Positions 24,900 through 33,194 of a stretch of DNA of 33,194 nucleotides are shown piece by piece (position 1 is the stretch's first letter; every line of letters begins with the position of its first letter). Below the pieces are notes generated by a model. The model searched no databases. It was not told the DNA's origin and saw only the letters and a list, made by a program, of their open reading frames with translations. The translations under genes and the position numbers were made by a program. Location: NCBI GenBank assembly GCA_963774955.1, contig CAVZGV010000004.1:261522-294715 (forward strand), given 5' to 3'. The stretch is from Candidatus Falkowbacteria bacterium (GTDB lineage: Bacteria; Patescibacteriota; Patescibacteriia; CAIXNZ01).

Positions 24900-25883
24900 A
24901 TGGATAATAAAGAGCGTTTTTTGTCAGGCATGAGGCCGACCGGTTTCATTCACTTGAAACACCTGATGGTGATTGATGAATGGCTGAAATTGGAGCAGAA
25001 ATATGAGTGCTTTTTCGGCATCTACAACAGTCTGGCCATGACTACAGCCAAAGTCGATACTTTGGTCCCTGACACGCTGACAGTGTTTAAAGCTTATCTG
25101 GCCGGGGGCTTAAATTATGATCAAAGCATTATTTTTGCCCAGTCCATGGTGCCTGAACACAGCCAGATGTTTCAGCTGCTTTTGCAAGCAACGCCGCAGC
25201 GTCTGCTGGAACGGGCTATTGTGCACAAAAGAAAATCGCATGACCGGGAAAGAATCAATATGGGGATTTTAAGTTATCCTGTGCAGGAACTGGCTGATGC
25301 TTTGATTTTCAACGCGCCCTACGTGACGTCCAGCATTCCCGGCAATGTGGAAATGACCCACAAGATCATTCGCAGCCTGTGTGCCTTTTTGAATTTAGAT
25401 CCAGGTCAATTTAATTTTCCCAAAGTTATTGTGCCGCCGATTCCGTCCATACCGGGTTTTGACGGTAAAAGAACGAGCAGCCAGCGCCAGAATTTCATCT
25501 GCCCGACTGATGATCTGGAATTAATCAGGAAAAAAGTGGCCAGGATGCCTACTGATAATAAGCGTAAAAACGCCAGTTATCCCGGTAATCCTGATAATTG
25601 CTGCGTTTATGCCTACTATGTCCTGCCCAAAATTCAGGACACAAAAGATAAAGAAAAAATCTTGAAGCGTTGTCAGGCCGGTACAATTGGCTGCCAAGAG
25701 TGCAAGGGGCTTCTGACCGAAGCGCTGTGGCAATACTTTGCCACTTATCGTCTCAGGCAAATGAGTTTTGATCTGGACGACAGACAGCTGCGCGAGATGT
25801 TGCGTTACAGTTCAGCCCGGGCCAGTCTGGCGGCCAGGGCTACTTTACGAAAATATCAGGACATTTTTAAAATGTCTATCTGA
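24900..25883 (+). CDS. divergent tryptophanyl-tRNA synthetase paralog
   Basis: SGMRPTG, IIFAQSMVPEH, GILSYPV, PGNPDNC and CQAGTIGCQECK identify the family; the catalytic motifs are altered. Confidence 0.85.
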   Translation: MDNKERFLSGMRPTGFIHLKHLMVIDEWLKLEQKYECFFGIYNSLAMTTAKVDTLVPDTLTVFKAYLAGGLNYDQSIIFAQSMVPEHSQMFQLLLQATPQRLLERAIVHKRKSHDRERINMGILSYPVQELADALIFNAPYVTSSIPGNVEMTHKIIRSLCAFLNLDPGQFNFPKVIVPPIPSIPGFDGKRTSSQRQNFICPTDDLELIRKKVARMPTDNKRKNASYPGNPDNCCVYAYYVLPKIQDTKDKEKILKRCQAGTIGCQECKGLLTEALWQYFATYRLRQMSFDLDDRQLREMLRYSSARASLAARATLRKYQDIFKMSI

Positions 25884-25986
25884 AAAAAATAGGCGGATCC
25901 ATCAGGATCCGCTTTTTTAAGTGGCAGTTTATAAAAAAATGTGTTAAAATTTTTTAGGTTAGCATTTATTAAGGAGGGATTATAAA

Positions 25987-26394
25987 ATGCTTAAGTTAAA
26001 AAAAGTTTTAATTGTTGAGGATTCTGACGTACAGGCGTATATGTATAATATTATTTTTGCAAAATACGCCAAAAAAGTTGAAAATAAGGAAGATAAGGTT
26101 GAAGTGTTGTTTGCGCCAAACGGCAAAGAGGCTATGCAAATTATCACCAAAAACGCTGATTTGGACCTGGTCATTACCGACATTAACATGCCGGAAATGG
26201 ATGGACTTCAATTTTTGACCATCTTAAGGCAAAGTCGGTTGGTCAATTGCCCGATCATAATTATCAGTACTTCTGATAATATGGCTAAGTTAAAGTCAGC
26301 TAAAGAACAGAAATTGGCTACAGAATTCGTGGTCAAACCCTGGAATATGAAGGAATTACAGGTTTTGATAGAATCTCTGACAAAAATCCGTTGA
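25987..26394 (+). CDS. single-domain (CheY-like) response regulator
   Basis: VLIVEDS, LVITDINMPEMDG, IIIIST and FVVKP. Confidence 0.92.
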   Translation: MLKLKKVLIVEDSDVQAYMYNIIFAKYAKKVENKEDKVEVLFAPNGKEAMQIITKNADLDLVITDINMPEMDGLQFLTILRQSRLVNCPIIIISTSDNMAKLKSAKEQKLATEFVVKPWNMKELQVLIESLTKIR

Positions 26395-26468
26395 AAGACG
26401 GATTTTTTATTTGACGTTGGATAATCGTTGTGATAAGTTGAGTTCAAATTTTAAAAAGGGGGATTAAA

Positions 26469-27059
26469 ATGAATAAGTATTTTCAGACAGTAGTTCATTT
26501 TTTATTTGAACTCGGACAGCTCAAGCGTCAACCGCACACTGGTTGGTGGCGAGTGGGCGTCAAGGATCCATACTCAGTGGCTGATCATACCATGAGGGCA
26601 ACCTTAATCGGGTATATTCTGGCAGTACTTGAAGGCGCCAACCCCGAGCGTGTTGCCTCGATGGTGGCTATGCATGACATTGGTGAGGCCAGAATTCAAG
26701 ATCGTGATCTGATTGCCTCCAAGTATCTGGGCAGTAAGAAAAAAGGGGAGTTGCAGGCAATTACCGATCAATTAGCGTCCTTACCACCCCAGCTGGGAAT
26801 CTGGCTGGAATATTTTAAGGAGTATAGTGAAAAAAATACGCCTGAAGGCAGATGCGCTTTTGATGCCGATTGCCTGGAACAGGCTGTTTCTGCCAAAGAA
26901 CTGGTTGATTTAGGTCATAAACATGCGGCTTTATGGCTGGATTCCTGTGAACAGTCCTTAACGACTAATTCAGCCAAGGAGCTTTTGGCTCTGATTCGGC
27001 AAACTGATTCCCAGGAGTGGTTTGTAAATATTTTGCACCAGTTCAAAGTGTTCGGCTAA
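26469..27059 (+). CDS. HD-domain hydrolase (YfbR/HDDC2-like 5'-deoxynucleotidase family)
   Basis: LKRQPHTGW, SVADHT, MHDIGEA and DADCLE. Confidence 0.88.
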   Translation: MNKYFQTVVHFLFELGQLKRQPHTGWWRVGVKDPYSVADHTMRATLIGYILAVLEGANPERVASMVAMHDIGEARIQDRDLIASKYLGSKKKGELQAITDQLASLPPQLGIWLEYFKEYSEKNTPEGRCAFDADCLEQAVSAKELVDLGHKHAALWLDSCEQSLTTNSAKELLALIRQTDSQEWFVNILHQFKVFG

Positions 27060-27181
27060 GCCGGGCACTTTTTTTAATTTTCCTGCCTAAAACCCCCTTG
27101 GAAAATTTTTTTCTTTATGCTAAAATGATATTAAGAATTAGGCGGGTCGCTTAATTCCTTAAGTTTTATAATATATTCAAT

Positions 27182-27805
27182 ATGACAATATTTTGGCACG
27201 GCCAGGGGGCATTTAAAATCGTGGATAAGGAGGTGGTGGTGGCAATCGATCCCCATGACAAGACGGGCTTAAAAATGCCCAAATTTCAAGCTAGTGTGCT
27301 TTTGGTAACCGATACGAAAGACGAAAATATTAATGCCGAAGGTTTGCGCGGTGATTCTTTTGTTATTGATGGCGACGGCGAGTATGAAGTTAAGAATGTT
27401 TTTGTTTATGGTCTACCAGCGGAAAAGAAAGACGGCGAGAAATTCACTATTTATTTAATGGAAGTAGAGGGGATTAAAATTGCCCATCTGGGCATGATTG
27501 CTCAAGATTCCCTGACTGACCAGCAAATGGAAATCTTGGAAGGCGTTGATATTTTATTAATACCAGTTGGCGGGGGGGATACTTTAAATGCCACTAAAGC
27601 GGTGAAAATTATTTCTCAGATTCAGCCTCGTATTGTTATTCCTATGTATTATAAAGTCCCGGGCTTAAGTCTAAAATTAGACGGATTTGAACCATTCTTG
27701 AAAGAGTACGGCGTATCAAAGCCAGAACCCATGGATAAGTTTAAAGTCAGTAAAAAGGATTTACCTCAAGAAGAAACTAATGTGGTTTTACTTACAGTCA
27801 GCTAA
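27182..27805 (+). CDS. MBL-fold protein (Lactamase_B_3-like) with degenerate metal motifs
   Basis: IFWHGQGAF, IDP, GEYEVK, VDILLIPVGG and PRIVIPMYY; HxHxDH is absent. Confidence 0.85.
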   Translation: MTIFWHGQGAFKIVDKEVVVAIDPHDKTGLKMPKFQASVLLVTDTKDENINAEGLRGDSFVIDGDGEYEVKNVFVYGLPAEKKDGEKFTIYLMEVEGIKIAHLGMIAQDSLTDQQMEILEGVDILLIPVGGGDTLNATKAVKIISQIQPRIVIPMYYKVPGLSLKLDGFEPFLKEYGVSKPEPMDKFKVSKKDLPQEETNVVLLTVS

Positions 27806-27838
27806 TTTAACTTATTAATATTATTGATTTATTTTATT

Positions 27839-28543
27839 ATGAAGGGGAAAAATAAAAAAATAAAAAAACCCGCTAAAAAGGTCAGCAGACGTAAGGTTAA
27901 TTCTGTTAAGCCAGCTATTAAGCGTAAAGCGGTAAAAAAGAAAGTCGAATCCGTTTTAGGTTCCAGTTTACCTTTTCAAGAATTGGGCACCAGAGTATTT
28001 GTCCGTCAGGAAAAAATTGATGAGCCGGTTGCAACGTCGGATCTGGCGCAGGCACCAGTGGCGGAGCTGCAAATTGATTCACTTTTTCCCGAGTTTGATT
28101 TTTCAACAGAAGAATTAGACGCTGAAGATGACTCTGCGGAGTTTGAGCCTGAATTAAATTCAAATAATAATGAGATGTCGGATAAAATAAAAGTTGTAGT
28201 CATGTATGTAGCCGTAACCAGTATCATGGCAGTCATTGTTTTTTTCTGGGTTTTGAGTGTAAAATATAGTTTGGGTCAGAACATGCAAAATAGTGAAGAT
28301 CCTCTGGCCAGTGAAAACATGGAAAAACTCAATTCTTCCCTGGGCGGGTTAAAGGATGATTTTTTTGCGGTTAGCGATTTTGCCAAAATACAGATTGATC
28401 AGACGATAAAAGCAGGTTTGCAGGCAGAACCGATTGAGGTCAAACCCCAAATTCCCGAGGAGATTACTAACCAGTTGAAAGAAAAGTTACAAAATTTAAA
28501 CACAAATTCTTCAAACACTAATACTGCGAATATAAATAATTAA
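27839..28543 (+). CDS. hypothetical single-TM membrane protein
   Basis: Basic N-terminus, acidic middle and one TM helix; ends 4 nt before gyrA. Confidence 0.75.
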   Translation: MKGKNKKIKKPAKKVSRRKVNSVKPAIKRKAVKKKVESVLGSSLPFQELGTRVFVRQEKIDEPVATSDLAQAPVAELQIDSLFPEFDFSTEELDAEDDSAEFEPELNSNNNEMSDKIKVVVMYVAVTSIMAVIVFFWVLSVKYSLGQNMQNSEDPLASENMEKLNSSLGGLKDDFFAVSDFAKIQIDQTIKAGLQAEPIEVKPQIPEEITNQLKEKLQNLNTNSSNTNTANINN

Positions 28544-28547
28544 TGTT

Positions 28548-31112
28548 ATGGCCAGATTAAAGAGAATTTTAAAAAATAAAACGGACAAGTCTGCGCAGCC
28601 TGAGGCTGAAAATGAGCAGACAGAAAACGCTGCTGACAAAAAACCGCATCAAGCCAAACTTGTTGAAATTGGAAATTTGGGTGAAATTGAAGAGAGATCT
28701 TTGGTCGATGAAATGCAGGAATCATATTTGGATTATGCCATGTCAGTTATCGTTTCCCGTGCCTTACCCGATGTCCGTGATGGCTTAAAGCCGGTTCATC
28801 GCAGGATCTTGTATGCTATGTGGGATGTGGGTTTGAAACCAAGCGCCAAATTCAGAAAATCTGCGACTATCGTCGGTGAAGTTTTGGGTAAATATCATCC
28901 TCATGGCGATGTGGCGGTATATGACTCCATGGTCAGAATGGCTCAGGATTTTTCCATGCGTTATCCTTTGGTCTGGGGTCAGGGTAATTTCGGTTCTATG
29001 GATGGTGATAGTGCTGCTGCTTATCGTTATACTGAAGCCAAATTAAAGCATATTGCCGAAGAAATGCTTTTGGATATTGAAAAAGATACGGTTAATTTTA
29101 TACCCAATTACGATGGTGTTTATAAAGAACCTTTGGTTTTACCGGCTAAACTGCCCAATTTGCTTTTAAACGGCGCCATGGGTATTGCCGTTGGTATGGC
29201 CACGAATATTCCGCCTCATAATCTGGGGGAATTATGTGATGGCATTACGCATTTAATTGAAAATCCAGGGGCGACAGTTGATGATTTAATGAAATTCATC
29301 AAGGGTCCTGATTTTCCGACCGGCGGCATAATTTATGATATTAAAGAAATCAAGCAGGCCTATGCCACGGGCAAGGGCAAAATTGTCATGCGGGCAAAAG
29401 CTGAGATTATTGAAGATAAGGGCGGTAAATTTAAAATTATTGTCACGGAAATTCCGTATCAGGTAAACAAGGCGACTTTGGTAGAGAAAATCGCCGAATT
29501 GGTCCGCGATAAAAAAATTAAAGATATTAAGGATTTGCGCGATGAATCAAATAAAGACGGGGTGCGCGTGGTGATTGAATTGAAAAAAGAATCTTATCCC
29601 AAGAAAATTTTAAACCAGTTATATAAAATGACTCAGTTGCAGGAAACCTTTCATGTAAATACCCTGGCATTGATTGACGGCTTGCAACCACGCGTTTTGA
29701 CTTTAAAAATGATTTTGGAAGAATATGTTAAACATCGTGAGGATGTGGTTAAACGCCGTACTATTTATGATTTAAATAAGGCCAAAGCGCGCGCTCATAT
29801 TTTGGAAGGCTTGGTCAAAGCTTTGGATATAATTGATCAGGTTATTGCCACCATTAAAAAATCTAAAGATAAGGAAGAAGCCAAGCAGAACTTGATGAAG
29901 AAATTTAAATTTACGGAAATTCAGGCGGTGGCGATTTTGGAAATGCGTTTGCAGCAACTGGCAAACATGGAACGCCAGAGATTGATTGATGAATTGAAGG
30001 AACTTAAGAAATTGATCGCTGAATTGGAATCAATTTTGAAATCACGCACCAGAATTTTAAATATTATCAAATCGGAGCTGGCCGACATTAAGAAAAAATA
30101 TGATGACGGTCGCCGTACCGAAATTGTTAAAGGAGCCGTGGGTGAATTTTCAGTCAAGGATTTGATTCCCAATGAGCCGACAATTGTCATCGTGACTCAA
30201 GACGGCTATATCAAGAGATTGCCGACTGATACTTTCAAGAGTCAGGCCAGGGGCGGCAAGGGCGTAGTTGGTTTGACCACCAAAGAAGAAGATATTGTTG
30301 AGCATTTCTTTACCACTACAACTCATTCTGATTTATTATTCTTTACCACCAGCGGCCGAGTCTTCCAGCTGAAAGCCTATGAAGTACCGCAGGCGACTCG
30401 TACCGCCAAGGGTCAGGCTTTGGTTAATTTTTTACAATTAGCTCCGCATGAAAAAGTTACTTCGATTTTAGATTTAGCTGATTTGTCTGATTATAAATAT
30501 CTGGTGCTAGTTACTAAAAACGGTTTGATTAAAAAAGTTGATATCACTGAAATCACCAAGGTCAGAAAGAGCGGACTGATTGCCATAAAATTAAAATCAG
30601 GAGACGGTTTGAACTGGGCTAAGCCTTCAACCGGCAATGATGATATTGTTCTGGTTAGTGCCAATGGTATTTCCATCCGCTTCAAAGAAAAAGGTATTCG
30701 GCCAATGGGTCGCGCCGCATCCGGCGTTCGCGGTATTAGGTTGAAAAATGGTGATCATGTAGTGCGCATGGATATTAATGAAAAGGCGGTTAAAGATGAG
30801 CATCTTGATTTATTGGTAGTCATGGAAAACGGTTTTGGCAAACGCAGTAATATCAGTGAATATCGTTTACAGGGACGCGGTGGTTCCGGCATTAAGGCAG
30901 CAAAAGTAACTTCTAAAACAGGTAAGATTGTTGGCGCGCGTTTGATCAATAATAAAGATTTGGATCGCGATATGATTATTATTTCTTCTTACGGCCAGGT
31001 TATTAGAATGCCGTTAAAGGCTGTCAATCAATTGGGTCGCGCCACTCAGGGTGTGAGATTGATGAGATTTAAAGAAGCGGGAGATAAGGTGGCGAGTATT
31101 ACGGTAATATAG
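28548..31112 (+). CDS. gyrA: DNA gyrase subunit A
   Basis: [22 protein letters not shown], catalytic YRYTEA, GyrA-box QARGGKG and C-terminal pinwheel repeats. Confidence 0.98.
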   Translation: MARLKRILKNKTDKSAQPEAENEQTENAADKKPHQAKLVEIGNLGEIEERSLVDEMQESYLDYAMSVIVSRALPDVRDGLKPVHRRILYAMWDVGLKPSAKFRKSATIVGEVLGKYHPHGDVAVYDSMVRMAQDFSMRYPLVWGQGNFGSMDGDSAAAYRYTEAKLKHIAEEMLLDIEKDTVNFIPNYDGVYKEPLVLPAKLPNLLLNGAMGIAVGMATNIPPHNLGELCDGITHLIENPGATVDDLMKFIKGPDFPTGGIIYDIKEIKQAYATGKGKIVMRAKAEIIEDKGGKFKIIVTEIPYQVNKATLVEKIAELVRDKKIKDIKDLRDESNKDGVRVVIELKKESYPKKILNQLYKMTQLQETFHVNTLALIDGLQPRVLTLKMILEEYVKHREDVVKRRTIYDLNKAKARAHILEGLVKALDIIDQVIATIKKSKDKEEAKQNLMKKFKFTEIQAVAILEMRLQQLANMERQRLIDELKELKKLIAELESILKSRTRILNIIKSELADIKKKYDDGRRTEIVKGAVGEFSVKDLIPNEPTIVIVTQDGYIKRLPTDTFKSQARGGKGVVGLTTKEEDIVEHFFTTTTHSDLLFFTTSGRVFQLKAYEVPQATRTAKGQALVNFLQLAPHEKVTSILDLADLSDYKYLVLVTKNGLIKKVDITEITKVRKSGLIAIKLKSGDGLNWAKPSTGNDDIVLVSANGISIRFKEKGIRPMGRAASGVRGIRLKNGDHVVRMDINEKAVKDEHLDLLVVMENGFGKRSNISEYRLQGRGGSGIKAAKVTSKTGKIVGARLINNKDLDRDMIIISSYGQVIRMPLKAVNQLGRATQGVRLMRFKEAGDKVASITVI

Positions 31113-31118
31113 GAAAGC

Positions 31119-31193
31119 TTAACCACGAAATAAATTCTCGAAATAACACGAAAGTTGAATTTCGTGTTTTTTCGTGGTTAAAATTTCGTGGTT
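31119..31193. repeat. CACGAAA / TTTCGTG repeat hairpin after gyrA
   Basis: 2x CACGAAA plus CTCGAAA, then 3x TTTCGTG. Confidence 0.7.
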
Positions 31194-31210
31194 CTACATT
31201 TTCATATAAT

Positions 31211-31242
31211 AAAAAATCCCCTCGCGGTTGCGGTGGGATTTT
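31211..31242 (-). terminator. repeated terminator, copy 1
   Basis: AAAAAATCCCCTCGC...GGGATTT; also at 31957 and 32280. Confidence 0.75.
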
Positions 31243-31319
31243 GTCGTTTCATTCGCAGATGTTGGCACTGAATTCTTTTTCTCAAAGGCAGTTTTGTTTT
31301 TTTTCAGCCCATTGCATCT

Positions 31320-31595
31320 TTAGTCACTTTGCTTTTTCGGCTTGGCCGGTTTTTTTCTGATTTCGCCTTTTACTTTTAAAGCGCCGACCTCATAGCCGAC
31401 CCTAAGCATACATGTGCGGATCTTCATCAAATCTTTAAAAGAGCCGGCGATGGTATCATAGACCTTTCGTTTGCCTCGGACTCTTTTTTTAGTGGTACAA
31501 TAACCACAGTTGGTACTTTTGCGAATCAACCAGAGCGAAAGCAACATTTTGGGAAGGCTCGCACGATTAGGGGTAATGATCACTAACGTTGCCAT
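31320..31595 (-). CDS. small basic hypothetical protein
   Basis: SD AAGGAG; CGYC motif. Confidence 0.65.
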   Translation of the reverse strand: MATLVIITPNRASLPKMLLSLWLIRKSTNCGYCTTKKRVRGKRKVYDTIAGSFKDLMKIRTCMLRVGYEVGALKVKGEIRKKPAKPKKQSD

Positions 31596-31607
31596 GATAT
31601 TCTCCTT

Positions 31608-31883
31608 TTACCACTTTGTTTCATTTTCAGTAATGTTGATATTCCCGGCCTGGGTTAAAAGCCTATTGGCATAATCTGTCAGTGCTTTTCTGATGACCGG
31701 AACCAAGCGCCTCAATTCTTCAGCCGGGCCTTGGATATAAAGAAGCCCATTGGCAATAGTTTGTTGTACCTGTGGTCTTTGGCTTCTGTCCACTAAATTT
31801 ATTGCATCGCCAATAAAACAGTGAAGACCAATGACATCAATGTCAGGCTTAGGATAAACCACTGGAATTTTGATTTCAGCCAT
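31608..31883 (-). CDS. small hypothetical protein
   Basis: SD AAGGAGG; TTGACA at 31942-31937. Confidence 0.7.
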   Translation of the reverse strand: MAEIKIPVVYPKPDIDVIGLHCFIGDAINLVDRSQRPQVQQTIANGLLYIQGPAEELRRLVPVIRKALTDYANRLLTQAGNINITENETKW

Positions 31884-31956
31884 TTTCGTTCCTCCTTGTT
31901 TTGAGTATTAATATCAGTAGCATTTTTAAAGTATTTTGTCAATTGAGGGTTGAATT

Positions 31957-31986
31957 AAAAAAATCCCCTCGCAGTGCGGGGGATTT
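31957..31986 (-). terminator. repeated terminator, copy 2
   Basis: AAAAAAATCCCCTCGCAGTGCGGGGGATTT. Confidence 0.8.
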
Positions 31987-32209
31987 AGTAATCAATCATT
32001 TTAGTAACGTGGCCTTTGGCTTCAAAGGCGCGTTGCAGATCGAGTAAAATATTTTTTTCACCTTTGATTTTTACCAGGTGTTTGGCTTGATCCTGGTAAG
32101 TAAATTTAACAACTATCAAGCCGTGACTATCTCGTAGGATTTTCTCGACGAGGTCTTCAACTTTAAAGTCACCAAATTCTATATAAACCATGAGTTTAGC
32201 TTTAGCCAT
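31985..32209 (-). CDS. small protein with a possible ACT/NIL-like fold, paralog of 32310..32528
   Basis: VKIKGEKNILLDLQRAFEAKG; SD GAGGAGG; own promoter. Confidence 0.72.
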   Translation of the reverse strand: MAKAKLMVYIEFGDFKVEDLVEKILRDSHGLIVVKFTYQDQAKHLVKIKGEKNILLDLQRAFEAKGHVTKMIDY

Positions 32210-32279
32210 TTTGCGAACCCTCCTCTTCCTTGAGTATATTTTAACAAAATATCATAATTTGTCAATTGATGATTATAAT

Positions 32280-32311
32280 AAAAAATCCCCTCGCATTGTG
32301 AGAGGGGATTT
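32280..32311 (-). terminator. repeated terminator, copy 3
   Basis: AAAAAATCCCCTCGCATTGTGAGAGGGGATTT. Confidence 0.8.
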
Positions 32312-32528
32312 AGGTATCAACGAGAGTGCTTGTCTGACCTTTGGTCGTAAAAGCTTGTTGCAGCTTGAGGAGTTCTTCTGCAGAACCTTTGATTTCCAGC
32401 TGATTAGCGTGTTCAGCCAGATAACCATAATTTACAGTCACTGTACTGCGGTTTTCCATGATTACTTCCTCAATCAGCTCTGTGTTAGCGCCGATCTTGG
32501 GAACAATTGACAGTAACAGCCTGGCCAT
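32310..32528 (-). CDS. small protein with a possible ACT/NIL-like fold, paralog of 31985..32209
   Basis: LEIKGSAEELLKLQQAFTTKG. Confidence 0.72.
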   Translation of the reverse strand: MARLLLSIVPKIGANTELIEEVIMENRSTVTVNYGYLAEHANQLEIKGSAEELLKLQQAFTTKGQTSTLVDT

Positions 32529-32545
32529 GACTTTGTGGCTCCGCT

Positions 32546-32785
32546 TTAAGTCTGGGAATCGGTTTCAATTTCTTTGGCCAGTTGTAGGAATTTTTGCAGT
32601 TTGTTCTGGGCCAGTTTACCGGCTTGCAAACGGCGCAGCAGCTCCTGCCTGATTTGAGCTAAATTTTCCCGAGCTTCCGGCACGGTTTTGTCTGCCTGTC
32701 CAAACCCTGCGACTGCTCGAAATTCGGTTTGTATGGCTGCCGCAAAAAGAGCCAGCAGTTCTTCATTGGTTTTATCTTGATACAT
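32546..32785 (-). CDS. small helical hypothetical protein
   Basis: SD AAGGAGG; TTGACA at 32850-32845. Confidence 0.7.
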   Translation of the reverse strand: MYQDKTNEELLALFAAAIQTEFRAVAGFGQADKTVPEARENLAQIRQELLRRLQAGKLAQNKLQKFLQLAKEIETDSQT

Positions 32786-32881
32786 GTTTTCCTCCTTTCA
32801 AGAAGACTCGTATCTGTTAGAACCTTAATTTATAAAGCAGGGATTGTCAACACTTGTCCGGTCGCTCACGAGCGACAGGAC

Positions 32882-32910
32882 TTGCCAAAAATTGAAACTT
32901 CGGCTATAAT
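32882..32910 (+). promoter_or_regulatory. promoter for rpmF
   Basis: TTGCCA, 17 bp, TATAAT. Confidence 0.75.
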
Positions 32911-32977
32911 TAGTTATAATTGTAAGTGATCTACAATCAACTTTCAACTTTAAACTTTTAACTTTTAACTTAATTTT

Positions 32978-33194
32978 ATGTCAGTACCAGCCAAAAAACG
33001 ACCAGTGGGGGAAAAAAGGCGACGCGCATCTCATTTTGCCATAAAAAAAGTAAAATATGCCACTTGCCCAAAATGTAAGAAACCCAAATTGCCTCACAAA
33101 GTTTGCCTGTTTTGCGGCACATATAAAGGCAAAGAAGTTTTGAAATCACATTTGGATAAAAAAGAATTGAAAAAATCTCAAAAACAAAAGGCCA
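32978..33194 (+). CDS. rpmF: 50S ribosomal protein L32, cut off by the window end (not in the ORF track)
   Basis: Translated by hand: MSVPAKKRPVGEKRRRASHFAIKKVKYATCPKCKKPKLPHKVCLFCGTYKGKEV... Confidence 0.95.
   Translation, partial: MSVPAKKRPVGEKRRRASHFAIKKVKYATCPKCKKPKLPHKVCLFCGTYKGKEVLKSHLDKKELKKSQKQKA

Noticed and set aside
28548-31112. parC rather than gyrA, or an intein
   Set aside because: The GyrA-box QARGGKG and full C-terminal domain are present, and there is no insertion at the catalytic Tyr region.
1-33194. Genetic code 25 (TGA = Gly) as in Gracilibacteria/Absconditabacteria
   Set aside because: Long genes are intact under code 11, and TGA acts as a stop in coupled overlaps (23746, 23168) and before terminators (25883).

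Overview
This is an AT-rich bacterial chromosome segment, very probably from a Patescibacteria/CPR (Parcubacteria-like) organism. That assignment is an inference from the short rpsA, the CPR-type TrmB regulator, the lamin-tail surface protein, core genes without Shine-Dalgarno (SD) sites and the stand-alone gyrA. Housekeeping genes (HU, khpA, beta-CASP RNase, rpsA, gyrA, rpmF) are interleaved with many accessory genes that carry their own sigma70 promoters, strong SD sites and terminators. The main discovery is a non-coding array at 6964-7522 of seven stem-loop units. Each unit reads stem-C(G/A/T)(A/T)-[9 nt variable]-TG-loop hairpin-C(G/A/T)(A/T)-[9 nt variable]-TG-stem, and all 14 spacers differ. 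This is the architecture of a TIGR (tandem interspaced guide RNA) stem-loop array. No Nop-domain Tas or IS110 gene is recognisable in the window; the array abuts an uncharacterised gene instead. Other notable items: a palindromic repeat inserted in frame three times into rpsA, a G11 tract in a promoter spacer, a frameshifted TrmB gene, a CoaD-kinase fusion, a radical SAM-kinase-radical SAM operon facing a degenerate TrpRS paralog, an MBL-2x cNMP protein, an orphan Avd-like gene, and a ~450-nt transcription unit with no long ORF.
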